DNA of 63,821 nucleotides, counting the filler, from Octopus bimaculoides (lineage: Eukaryota): assembly GCF_001194135.2 (NCBI RefSeq). It is 7 parts of 6 records of this genome, joined end to end, with 100 filler letters (N's around TTAATTAATTAA, not from the genome) between each part and the next. Parts side by side here need not be neighbours in the genome. Positions count along the whole stretch, not along the records: positions 1 to 19,916 come from NC_068983.1; positions 20,017 to 36,201 come from NC_068983.1; 5 more parts are not named here. One strand, given 5' to 3'. This document shows, one piece after another, positions 13,687 through 23,921 of the stretch; positions within the stretch are counted from its first letter, which is position 1; the number at the start of each line of letters is the position of its first letter. A program made the translations under genes and the position numbers. The notes beneath the pieces were generated by a model, which saw only the letters and a list, made by a program, of their open reading frames with translations, searched no databases and had not been told where the DNA came from.

Positions 13687-13970
13687 NNNNNNNNNNTTTC
13701 TATATATATATATATATATATATAGAAAGAGAGAGAGACACACATACACACATACATATATGTGTATGTGTATCTGTGTGTGTGAGTCTATGTGTGTATG
13801 TTTTTGTGTGTGTCTGTGTGAGTGCCCATATGTCTTTTTGTGTATGTCTCTGCACAGTTTTGTGTACATGTGTGTCTACAAACTCATCTCAGCTTCATGG
13901 CTGAGAAAGAGCATCACTGTCACACAGGAGATATTCATTTGCAATCTTCCATGAGGAAATATTACCTTAG

Positions 13971-14090
13971 CTGGAAACAGATGAGGATCGACAACAGGAA
14001 GGATATTCAGCTATGGAAAATCTGCCTGAATCTACTATGGAAATTCTGTCTGACCCATGCGAACATGAGAAAAAGGACATTAAATTATGA
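13971..14090 (+). CDS. Candidate terminal exon C (LETDEDRQQEGYSAMENLPESTMEILSDPCEHEKKDIKL*)
   Basis: Acceptor ttaccttag with an in-frame stop just upstream, then a 39-codon acidic protein-like frame ending at TGA 14088-14090. Confidence 0.3.
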   Translation: METDEDRQQEGYSAMENLPESTMEILSDPCEHEKKDIKL

Positions 14091-14149
14091 TTTTTATAGG
14101 TGTTCTACCTTTACATTTGTGCCAGTCTTTTTCAACCATGTTGGTAGTT

Positions 14150-14905
14150 GAGTGCTGATACTTCCAAGCGCATTAATTACAAATGGTATCACATCTACTC
14201 TCCTCATTGACCACAACCTTCGTATTTCCCACTTCAAATCATCATAGTTGTTTATTTTTTCCTATTCTTTCACATTGATCCTGTTGTCACCGGGACATAC
14301 TATGTCGATTATCCTACATGTTCTTTCTTTTTTATTCACCACAACAATGTCCAGTTTCCGATGTCTGGTCAGGTTATCGCACTGAATCATTGCATCCCAC
14401 AGGATTTTGCAATTCTCATTCTTGGTGACTCCTTCTGAGGTCTGCTCATACCACTTATTTGCTCTTTGTATGCCGTGATTTCCATAGAGCTCCCAATGGA
14501 TCATTTTTGACACATTATCATGGCTTCTTTTGTATTCGCATTGTGCAAATTTTTGGAATTCGCTATCGATGGGCCATACCGTTTCACCCCTCTAACCACA
14601 CATTCTGCATTTGTTGCTGTTGGTAGTGTTGTCTATTCCACACTTCATACAGCTGGTCCTTAAAGCTTGTTCTGTCATTCCTCCTCATCTATAGCCACCG
14701 GTCTTGTGTATATGTCTTGGCGTTCACATTTCTTGCAAACTGACCATACAGTTTTTTTTCTCCTTCCATGTTGTTTCTCTTTTTTTTTTTTTTTTTCATT
14801 TCTTCCTTAAATTTTTCTTTGAATACACAATTCTCAGTTTTGATGATGCCGGCCTTCTTCGTATGCTTCAACAATGGCACCAGCCTTCTTCATATGTTTC
14901 AACAA
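14150..14905 (-). mobile_element. R4/Dong-like retrotransposon fragment (zinc knuckle + RLE endonuclease)
   Basis: KLYGQF..., IHWELYG..NKWYE..NENCKILWDAMIQCDNLTRHRKLDIVVVNKKERTCRIIDIVCPGD. 5' truncation abuts (TAA)n. Confidence 0.85.
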
Positions 14906-14908
14906 TGG

Positions 14909-14955
<47 letters not shown>

Positions 14956-14956
<1 letters not shown>

Positions 14957-15175
14957 GGCAATGAGCTGGCAGAATCATCACTGCAATGGGAAAAATTCTT
15001 AGTGGAAATTTGTCAGTCTTTACATTCTGGATTCATATGCCACCTGGGTCAACGTTGTCTTTCATCTTTTCGGGAATGTTAAAATAAATACCAGTTGAGG
15101 ACTGGGGTCGATGTAATCGACTAGCCCCACTCTCCCAAAATTTCAGGTTTTGTGTCTATAGTAGAAAATATTATT
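14956..15175 (+). mobile_element. SINE family B (Nin/Deu-domain-like core)
   Basis: aaggcaatgagctggcagaatc...ctttcatcttttcggg..aaataccagttgaggactggggtcgatgtaatcgact. A partial second copy at 15205-15320. Confidence 0.75.
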
Positions 15176-15324
15176 ATTATCATTATTCTTATTATTATCA
15201 TTAATGTGGTGGGCTGGCAGAATCGTTAGCACTCCAGACAAATTGCTTAACAAAGTTTTGTCCCTCTTTCTCTTTTGAGCTCAAATTCCACCTTGGTTGA
15301 CTTTGTCTTTCATCTTTACGGGAT

Positions 15325-15615
15325 GATTGAGCTTTTCTTTTCTTCCTTTGAATTCATACCCAGTCTTCGTGTTTCTGAATATCAAAATAAGTGATACCAT
15401 ACACAATACAAAAAAGTAATGGCAACAAGCTAATTTATTGGAGGATGCTATGTTTGACGTTGGCAAAGCCTAGGTTTTGCCACCCAGATCTAAATTCAGT
15501 GATCCATCCATTCATACTTCAGTTCAATAGATTCACCATACTGTTTGCAATTCCAAATATCTTCAAGCAATCCAGAATCTACAAATGAGGAACTATATCA
15601 AATGCTTTCCATTAA
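15325..15615 (-). mobile_element. R4/Dong-like reverse transcriptase fragment
   Basis: Minus strand AFDIVPH..DCLKIFGIANS.., then ..LILIFRNTKTGYEFKGRKEKLNH (RT domains ~3-5). Confidence 0.7.
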
Positions 15616-15659
15616 CAGACAAAAACCATGTTATGGGCATCTTAATTAAATACTCTCGG

Positions 15660-15812
15660 AGTGGGTGGCCTTAGGAAGGGCATCCAACTGTAGAAACTCT
15701 GCCAGATCAGATTGGAGCCTGGTGCAGCCATCTGGTTCGTCAGTCCTCAGTCAAATCGTTCAACCCATGCTAGCATGGAAAGCGGACGTTAAACGACGAT
15801 GATGATGATGAC
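15660..15812 (+). mobile_element. SINE 3' part with Meta-domain-like motif and (GAT)n tail
   Basis: ggccttaggaagggcatccaactgtagaaac resembles my recollection of the MetaSINE core (AGGAAGGGCATCC). Ends ggacgttaaacgacgatgatgatg. Confidence 0.65.
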
Positions 15813-16954
15813 TTTTTCAATTGTGTACACTGAGAATTTCTTCTGCCCAGAAAGCATCTGTGACACCAGAAAGTGTTTTATTCACTGTGACACGAATTTT
15901 GCTTCAACAAGTAACAATCAGGAACATGGCATTGGCAAGGCTAAAAGAAGGCGGGGCATGTCTATCATTCTTGTGGGTCACTGCAGCAACAATGTCCATC
16001 TCGTTTCAGTATATATCATGCCTTTACGCAAGTCAATGAAGAGATTTTATTTCAGATGCATCTTGCCTCCTAAAGGTGTGTATATATTCAATATGATACA
16101 CAGATGACAGCTAAAAAATTTATTTGAAACTATGGGGTTTTAAAAGAATAATAGATAAAATAGTGCATTGGGGCAGTAGATGTAGGGAAAGGGTGGGAAA
16201 TAAATCTGTCATCATTATCTGACACTTATAATCAACGTACGTTAATAAAGACGCTTTTGTTTAACTATATAAAGTGATTCATTGTCGCTGCTCAAAGGTC
16301 GTTGAACTATCTCTAATAACAGACTCTGCGTTCTTCTGCGATTGGCAGCAAAATACTTTCACATTGCGTTCACTATCCGTTTTCATCACATACATAAACA
16401 ATTCTAAATGTTTTCTCTTCCATACATAAGCCATCCATTTCCCTTCTCAGTTCATTTACTTTTCTGTCATCAGCTTGATATCAGGTTATCATTAATTTAT
16501 CTTTTAGTGTCACATCACAGCTAGTCTCACTCCATCTGTTTCAGACTAGGTGACTAACTGATGTGATATTTTGCTTTCAATAAATATTTCAACTCACTCA
16601 CTCATATTCGATTATTTGTCAACACCTTCATCATTATTCAAACACAGGGGGTCCTTATCAAGGTAGAAGTTACTACAAAGGAGATAATAACTTCTTCATT
16701 ATATGAAGCATGATTTTAAATTTGAAAATAAAATCAAGGAATTATAAGGAAAAAGATGAATAAATTCATGTTTAATACTTTTTGCATGAGTAAGCACAGA
16801 GTTCTTAAAGTTTATAGTGTTTGAAATCATGTATAGCATTATTTCACTCTTTTTTGAAATCATCAGTATGACATAACCTGTAACATTAATTGAACAGGGT
16901 CAGTTACCATTTTTCTATGGCATTTCAATTGGTCAAGATTACAACATTCTCCCT

Positions 16955-17112
16955 TGATGGGACGCCAGTCCATCACAAAGTTGCTCACTTATTGCTGAGT
17001 GGACTGAAATGATAGGAAAATGTAGTGCTTTGCTCAGGAGTACAATGCTCTGCTCAGTCCAGGAATCGACTGCAAGCACAAAAGCCCTGAACACTAGATC
17101 ACGCACCTTCAC
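16955..17112 (-). mobile_element. SINE, reverse orientation
   Basis: tgatgggacgccagtccatcac tail plus a tRNA-like head ending gcaccttcac. Confidence 0.5.
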
Positions 17113-17432
17113 ATTTAAGACAGTATGGCCTGATTTTAGGAGAATTTCGCTGCTATTTCGAGTGAATTAAGCACCCATATGAAGGGACGTTCTGTGAGTC
17201 ATAATCCTAGAAAAGAAATGATTACACACACTCACCTGAACACGCGCGCGCGCACGCACACACATTTATATACATCACTTTTTAAAGTTATCTGTACAGA
17301 TACCCTATAGGAATGAGTGACTGAATCGCACTACTAACGCACGTGGGATACAGTGTTGACTTATAAGCCTTTAACATACTTAGAAGTATACAATGGCTGC
17401 TTAATGAAATACAGTGTTCCTACCAGCAACTA

Positions 17433-17475
<43 letters not shown>

Positions 17476-17478
<3 letters not shown>

Positions 17479-17839
17479 TGCGATGGATAAATTGTCGCTA
17501 TTTTTTAATATCTTTAACTTCACACATGTGCATTGTTTGTTTTTGATTTTGTTGACTACACAGTATAGTAGGGTCAGTTGGGCTCCCTCTGTGAGAAAAA
17601 CAGCACCATAATGCAATTAACTCTGCCATAAATTTTGATGTGACACTAAAAGCTCCAATACGAACATTTCAGAGTGTTTGGGTGTCAATCTGAGGACGTG
17701 TACCGAGAGTGATTTTATCAAACAACCAGTCAACATCATGGTGTTTAGAGTTATGGCTTCACACTCAATATGGAGGCCTACAGCAAGTGCCTGGAGGAAG
17801 TAGCGCTGCCTTGGGTCAAGAGAGTAGCTGCTGAAAGAC
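17476..17839 (+). mobile_element. Internally deleted maT-like element, copy 2
   Basis: Homologous to 2615-3376 in inverse orientation, with the same main deletion junction. Confidence 0.8.
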
Positions 17840-18200
17840 ATGTCTCATCGGTGGATAATACCGTGATGACATTTTCAAACAACTGCTTATGATGTGGACG
17901 ATATCTTCAGTGTGAACTCCATAAAGTCTGCATCGGTTGTCATATTTTATGGCTTTTCCTGCTGCTCTCTAGCTTTTGTGCACCTTGGTTGATATTTCCT
18001 GTTCCTGGATTGCAAACACATACCCTTCAAAGTGGGAGGTAGCAATCTGGTTATTGGTCTATGATAAACTGCTTTGTTGATCGATGTTACTATCATCACG
18101 GAGCTTTCTACTAACATATCTATGCATAGTCTTCTGCTCATACAGGATCATCCTTTCATCTGATGATATGTTGCGGTAGAGTCGTGCGATTTAGTGCGCA
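17840..18200 (-). mobile_element. R4/Dong-like retrotransposon fragment (zinc knuckle)
   Basis: Minus strand TSHFEGYVFAIQEQEISTK...DNRCRLYGVHTEDIVHIISSCLKMSSRYYPPMRH. Confidence 0.85.
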
Positions 18201-18639
18201 TGTATTCTAGGTTATCAGACAAAGAGTGTTGCTCAAGAGCTACATTCTAAGTCTTATGATGTTATCAGCCTCATGTATGTATGTATATATGTATGTATGT
18301 ATAAGAAATGGAAGATATATAGAAGGTGAAAATACAGAAAGAAAACCAAAGTAAATAGAAATGTGTGAAACTAGAGACAGCATAGGTTGTAAATAATAAA
18401 AATTCTAACAAAATCTAGCTTTGTATGATCTTAGATTTTCTTTTGAAAAAATGTTCTGTCTTGTGTTGTTTTCTAGTTTTACCAAAGATGGTGAGATATA
18501 ATTGGTTGAAGTGACTGGTTGCCGAAATTTTTAGAACAGAGAACTCTTTGAAATTCCTCTTCGTTTGTTCTTATTTCATTCATTTGTTTATTTATCTATT
18601 ATTATTAAAATGAGAATAAATAAATAAACCAAAAATATA

Positions 18640-19024
18640 AGACTATTATTAATAATTTCCTTTATATTCCTCTTGATGCCTTCTGATACTGTTCCCAAGG
18701 ACCCAACAATAATTGGCACTATCTTCATCTTCATTTTCCATTGCAGGGCTATTTCGTACTTAAGAGGCTTGTATCTATTTATCTTTTCACATATGTGGTG
18801 CACCTTGTCCACCACCACTAGGTCCAGTCTGTTATGTTCTAGCACCTGATCTGTTTGGATTGGGAAATCCCAGATGATTTTGCTCATCTCTGCCACTCTC
18901 TACCATTTGTTCTTATACTACGTCTTGCCTCTATCTACCCCCCACTTTTTGCAGTTTCCAATGTAGCACTTTCACTACTTGGTCGTGTCGCCACAAATTG
19001 TAGTGGTTTTGGACGAGTCTAGAG
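18640..19024 (-). mobile_element. R4/Dong-like RLE endonuclease fragment
   Basis: KIIWDFPIQTDQVLEHNRLDLVVVDK...KIVPIIVGSLGTV. 5' truncation abuts (TAA)n. Confidence 0.85.
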
Positions 19025-19093
<69 letters not shown>

Positions 19094-19115
19094 CATTATT
19101 ATTATTATTTTCATC

Positions 19116-19335
19116 AAGGTGGCAAGCTAGCAGAATCGTTAGCGCACTGGACGAAATGCTTCATGGTATTTCATCTGCCTTGTCATTCTGAGTTGACTTT
19201 GAGTTGTTCTGAGTCAACTTTGCCTTTCATTCATTCGGGGTCAATAAATTAAGTACCAGTTGAGTACTGGGACCAATGTAATTGACTAATACTCACCCCA
19301 AAATTTCAGGCTTTGTGCCTATAGTAGAAAGGATT
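19116..19335 (+). mobile_element. SINE family B
   Basis: aaggtggcaagctagcagaatcgttagc...tgcctttcattcattcggggtcaataaattaagtaccag. Confidence 0.8.
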
Positions 19336-19366
19336 ATAGTAGAAAAGATTATATAGTAGAAAGATA

Positions 19367-19677
19367 TTGTTTTCAGTCGTTTTGGTTTGACTGTGTATAA
19401 GATATCACAAGAACCACTGGATGGATTTGGATAAAACTTTCAGGGATGCTTGGCTTTATGACTGGCACAAACTGATTAGATTTTGGGATTGATCCGGTAC
19501 CGGACAAGGATTCTGGATTATTTTTTTCTGTTTTCGGGTTCATATTTAGTATTCTCGCTTGTGAGAGCAGTCGAGATTATTTCAGATATTCTCATTTTAA
19601 AAATCATCTCTGGCTAATCGTTGAGAGGACGTTGGTGTTGTATTGGCGGAGGCTTGCGCTCTCTGAGTGCTCTTGTT
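19367..19677 (+). mobile_element. Helentron-associated non-autonomous element (HINE/DINE-like), 5' end missing
   Basis: Body motifs accactggatggatttggataaaacttt and ttttgggattgatccgg. 3' subterminal TTGGCGGAGG followed by hairpin GCGCTC-TCT-GAGTGC and terminal TT. Confidence 0.65.
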
Positions 19678-19916
19678 ATCTATTATTATTAAGTACATAT
19701 TTGAGGGTGGTTTAATGTAATATTAAGTATTGCGATTTTGGTTTCAATACTCGGAAACCCCCGCCAGGAATGTCTTAAAAACAAAAACAGAAAAAATTAT
19801 TCAAGAGACTTTTTTTTTAGCAAATCACTATATTATCAACTGTTCATGAAAAGGAATTTTTTTCATCCAATATGATGTATGATGAAGTTAAGTAAGAAAA
19901 TAACACTATGCATTAG

Positions 19917-20016
19917 NNNNNNNNNNNNNNNNNNNNNNNNNNNNNNNNNNNNNNNNNNNNTTAATTAATTAANNNNNNNNNNNNNNNNNNNNNNNNNNNN
20001 NNNNNNNNNNNNNNNN
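19917..20016. other. Artificial scaffold spacer N44-TTAATTAATTAA-N44 (1 of 6)
   Basis: Identical 12-mer at 19961, 36246, 47609, 53087, 56206 and 62448, each centred in 100 bp of N. Confidence 0.95.
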
Positions 20017-20037
20017 ATATATATATATATATATATA

Positions 20038-20630
20038 GGAAGAATTCACCAAAAAACAACAGACGAAGACAGGTGGTGTTGAAAACAAATAGATGTATTA
20101 GTATAACGCTCGGGAATAGAGAAAGTCTTTAACGTTTCGAGCCTATGCCCTTCTACAGAAAGGTACACGGAAAGAAATAAGGAGAGAAACAAGGAGAGAA
20201 AAACATGTTTTTAGTGTTCAGCGATCTATCATGGCGAATGCCGGACAGAAGGGTCACACAAGAGAGTTAAGAAGAGGAGATAACAAAATTGTAGTGATCC
20301 CAAAACGAAGGTGCGTGTGTTTGAGAGAATCCTGGTGATATTAACGTATGCGTGTGTATGTAGGTGTGAAGGTGAGAAAATGCGGGGACGTGAATTGGTC
20401 AGTGCTGGTGTGTGCGTGGTGGTGTGTTGTGATGTGTTGTGTGGTATGGTGTAGCGTGGTGTGATGTGATGGTGTTGGGAGGTGGGGGAAGCGAGAGTGA
20501 GGAAAGCGCAGGTGGGGTGTGGGTTGGGCTGGGGTGAGAGTAGAGGAGGTGTATGTGGGTATAGAGTGGGGGTAAGGGTGGAGTATATAGGAGAGTTGTA
20601 GGGGATGGGTTGCAAGGATGGATGAGATGG
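20038..20630 (-). mobile_element. Penelope-like element 3' region/terminal repeat family 1
   Basis: Longest copy of the family: a C-rich low-complexity stretch, then a hammerhead-like motif at 20126-20163, ending on (TA)n. Confidence 0.6.
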
Positions 20631-20674
20631 AAAGGAATTGGAAGGTGGGATAGGAGTGTGTATATATATATTCT

Positions 20675-20940
20675 TTTATTCTTTATTTCCTTTACTTGTT
20701 TCAGTCAATTGACTGCGGCCATGCTGGAGCGCCGCCTTGAAGTCTTTTAATCGAACAAGTCGACTCCAGTGCTTATGTTTTAAGCGTAGTACTTACGTTA
20801 TCGCTTTACTTTCCGAACCGCTAATATGCGGGAGACGGAAGCACACTAACACCGTTTGTGAAGCATTGGTGGAGGGACAAACACAAACACATAGATACAT
20901 ACATAGATATATACATATATATACGACGGTTTACTTTCAG
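20675..20940 (-). mobile_element. SINE family A 3' half plus internal microsatellite
   Basis: ttacttgtttcagtcaattgactgcggccatgctggagc... matches 28890-29150. Confidence 0.8.
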
Positions 20941-21170
20941 AAAAAAGATGTATATATAGAAATAACACATTTCTAAATCTCTCAGAGATTGGGACAGTCA
21001 CATTAAGTTGACAGCATACAACTATTTTATGGTATCACTACTACATAAATCTCTCTGAGAGATTTAGAAATGTGTTATTTCTATTTTTGAAATCAGTGAA
21101 TGTATTTCACTAGAATTATTATATCTCTGCAAGAGCTTGACAGACATCTCCAACTAGCAGGCTATGCTAC

Positions 21171-21213
21171 TCCAGACTGATGACAAGCAAAGACTCAGAA
21201 ACTAGTCTCTGGA
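21171..21213 (+). ncRNA. Minimal type I hammerhead-like motif (canonical core)
   Basis: Helix I TCCAGA/TCTGGA, core CTGATGA, GAAA, palindromic helix III ACTAGT, GUC site at 21207. Helix II poorly paired. Confidence 0.65.
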
Positions 21214-21398
21214 TGCAGGCTTAGCTGGGTGGAGGTGCTTGCCTCCCCCTTGTAAACATAAGGACACAGGAAATGTGTCAAGTCCGACAGGAAGCATTGC
21301 TGCTTCCTAGGGCTAAATAGCTGTAGTATTATTCGCTTCCTGGGAGTGTCACGTTAAGTTGACAGCATGTATATATATATATATAGATAGATAGATAG

Positions 21399-21433
<35 letters not shown>

Positions 21434-21454
21434 GATAGATAGATAGATAGATAG

Positions 21455-21495
<41 letters not shown>

Positions 21496-22099
21496 NNNNN
21501 NNNNNNNNNNNNNNNNNNNNNNNNNNNNNNNNNNNNNNNNNNNNNNNNNNNNNAGAGAGAGAGAGAGAGAGAGAAGTAGATAGATAGATAGATAGATAGA
21601 TAGATATACATACATACACAGAGAAGTGTGAGAAAGTGAAAGGGAGAAGTAGATATAGAGAGAAAGGATGCGGGAGAGAGATTTGAGAGAGAAACTAAGA
21701 GTGAGAGATTATGTTGTAGGTTAATTTGTGTATGTAATATTTTCTCGAACTCTAGTATTTGTTTTAAGATATTTCCTTTGTAAGTGAAAATTTGTTAAAT
21801 CATCATCAACGTTTCTCGGGTTTCAGTCTAAAATCATGTTGGTATGTGTTTCTATGCCTGTGTAGATACAGGCGCCAATACACAACACAAAAGAGATTAA
21901 AAGTAATGTCATGCCCCCAATTGTAAAAGTGACAATTGAATATATTTGTAATAGAAAATTTACAATTTACGTAACGACGAAAACAAATTTACAATTATTC
22001 AGTGAGATAATATAATATATTTAAAGAAAACTGAAATAAATAATTCTAACGATGAACACTTAAATGGTAGTGCTGTATTTTGAAGAATCCATCCCGTTA

Positions 22100-22860
22100 C
22101 ATATCTACAGAATATTAAAAATAATTTCACATCAACACGCTCCAGTGAATGATAAACTGAACAATTTCATTGACACACAAGTTGATTAAACAAGTAGACA
22201 ACGTAACTTAACAGTTCACAGTGGATGGTGATGCTGTCCAAGTATTCCTAGAAATCTAAGAGACTACTGTGATACATAATATTTTCTGCATAGCTTGGTT
22301 CCGTGACGTAAATCATATTACATAACGTTTATAATATCAAATAATGCGATCAAATATTGTCAGTAGTTATCATACTATAGAAATGTATAGAGATCTATAC
22401 AAACAAATTTTATTCCGTTCTCCATAAAGGTAATAACATAAGCACAATATAGAGTCAATTGTTTCTTCCTTAGTACCTATAGAGAATAGAGAACAATAAG
22501 GTATTCATATTTCCCTACAAATGCACAGCACCCACAGCTATAGAAATAAATCCACCAGCGATGCAACGAGTCGATTTCTAGATGTAAACATACAGATAGA
22601 AACAAGATACATGATGACAGTCTATACCAAAGGCACAAATGTAGGGATACACTAACATGGAGACAGTGAATTGTCAAATAGATGCAAAGTGTCAGCGGTA
22701 AAATCACTGCTTGTCAGATTATTTAGATTTTCCCCCAGAAACAAATTCTTAAGCAATTCTGCTCAATACATAAAGCACAAATGAACAATATCTATGCTGT
22801 CGAAGAAATAGTCCAATCCTGGAAGAATTTACGAAGATGAAAATCTGACATTGGAGAAAA
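22100..22860 (+). mobile_element. Penelope-like reverse transcriptase remnant
   Basis: RFLDVNIQIETRYMMTVYTKGTNVGIH*HGDSELSNRCKVSAVKSLLVRLFRFS resembles the PLE RT C-terminal FLDV...VY.K.TN.G...S motif. Confidence 0.55.
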
Positions 22861-22903
22861 AGACAATTTTGATAATAGCCATCTGTTGATCATGCTTAAT
22901 GTA

Positions 22904-22955
<52 letters not shown>

Positions 22956-22956
22956 G

Positions 22957-23260
22957 TTGACAGGTAAGTTAGTGAAATTTTAGCCTGAGATAAAATCTCT
23001 TATAGACTTACTGTATGGAATGGAGACGATAATTTTCCAGGTAGAGGCTATCAAGAACGCCCGATGCATTTCAACAATCCTGTGCCTTATCAATGACGCT
23101 TATCTGCAGCCACCCACTTAGCCGCACGAGAATATTGCTAGTATTGCTAGTAGCTACCAGACTAAGTTTATAATCCGGTGTGTCCAAGAGGTTTTCGTCT
23201 CTCTCCGATATACAAAAGATATCTTATCTTGAACGAAATCCGCAGTAACTTACCTGTCAA
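22957..23260. mobile_element. MITE-like element with perfect 15-bp terminal inverted repeats
   Basis: TTGACAGGTAAGTTA (22957-22971) / TAACTTACCTGTCAA (23246-23260). Confidence 0.6.
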
Positions 23261-23357
23261 TACTGAACCCTGTATATACATGAAGTCTAATATATAGAAT
23301 ACTATTTTTTATAAAACACTGCTTCAATTACCAATCCACGATTGCATATAAGATTAT

Positions 23358-23500
23358 ACAGGAATGGCTGTGTGGTATGAAGCTTACTTTTCAAGTACTG
23401 GGGTCGATTTCTTCAACTAAAATAATCCTTCAGGGGAGTGCTCCAACACGGCGGCAGTCAAATGACTGGAGCAAGTAAAAAATAAAAGTATAAAAGAATA
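23358..23500 (+). mobile_element. SINE family A, head fused to tail (internal deletion)
   Basis: caggaatggctgtgtggtatgaagctt joined to aagtactggggtcgat...cagtcaaatgactggagcaagtaaaa. Confidence 0.65.
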
Positions 23501-23658
23501 ATTTTTTAAATTCAAGGAAAGAAGATTTTAGCCAGTGACCTCATCCTAAACGTGCCCTCCTACAAGCTTGGAACCCCTCACGTGTTGGATAAATCAATAA
23601 TAGTAGCATCTTAGAACACCAACACAGCCGAAGCCATTCCTGCAAACTTCGAATTCAC

Positions 23659-23695
23659 CAGATGTCAGATAAAGCAGCAACAACCACAAAAGCAT
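23659..23695 (-). CDS. Candidate first coding exon encoding a signal-peptide start (MLLWLLLLYLTS-G)
   Basis: ccaaaATG context, hydrophobic Leu run, phase-1 donor G|gtgaat. Higher-GC leader and a (CT)n tract upstream on the same strand. Confidence 0.4.
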
Positions 23696-23826
23696 TTTGG
23701 ACCACCACGGCAGCCGGACCCGAGAGGTTGGATTAGAATATCGTCAGAAGCGAAGGCGATGTAGGGGAAATAACCCAGTACTTCTGTTAACAAAACTCGG
23801 ACATTTTGCTTGGTTGTTATAGCCGA

Positions 23827-23827
<1 letters not shown>

Positions 23828-23920
<93 letters not shown>
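23828..23920. repeat. (AG)n microsatellite
   Basis: Visible directly. Confidence 0.95.

Positions 23921-23921
<1 letters not shown>

Noticed and set aside
15799-16107. 102-aa and 72-aa overlapping ORFs
   Set aside because: They start in a SINE tail, have no recognisable domain and lack consistent splice signals.
19961-19972. Recurring TTAATTAATTAA palindrome as a biological motif
   Set aside because: Always centred in exactly 100 bp of N, so it is an assembly linker.
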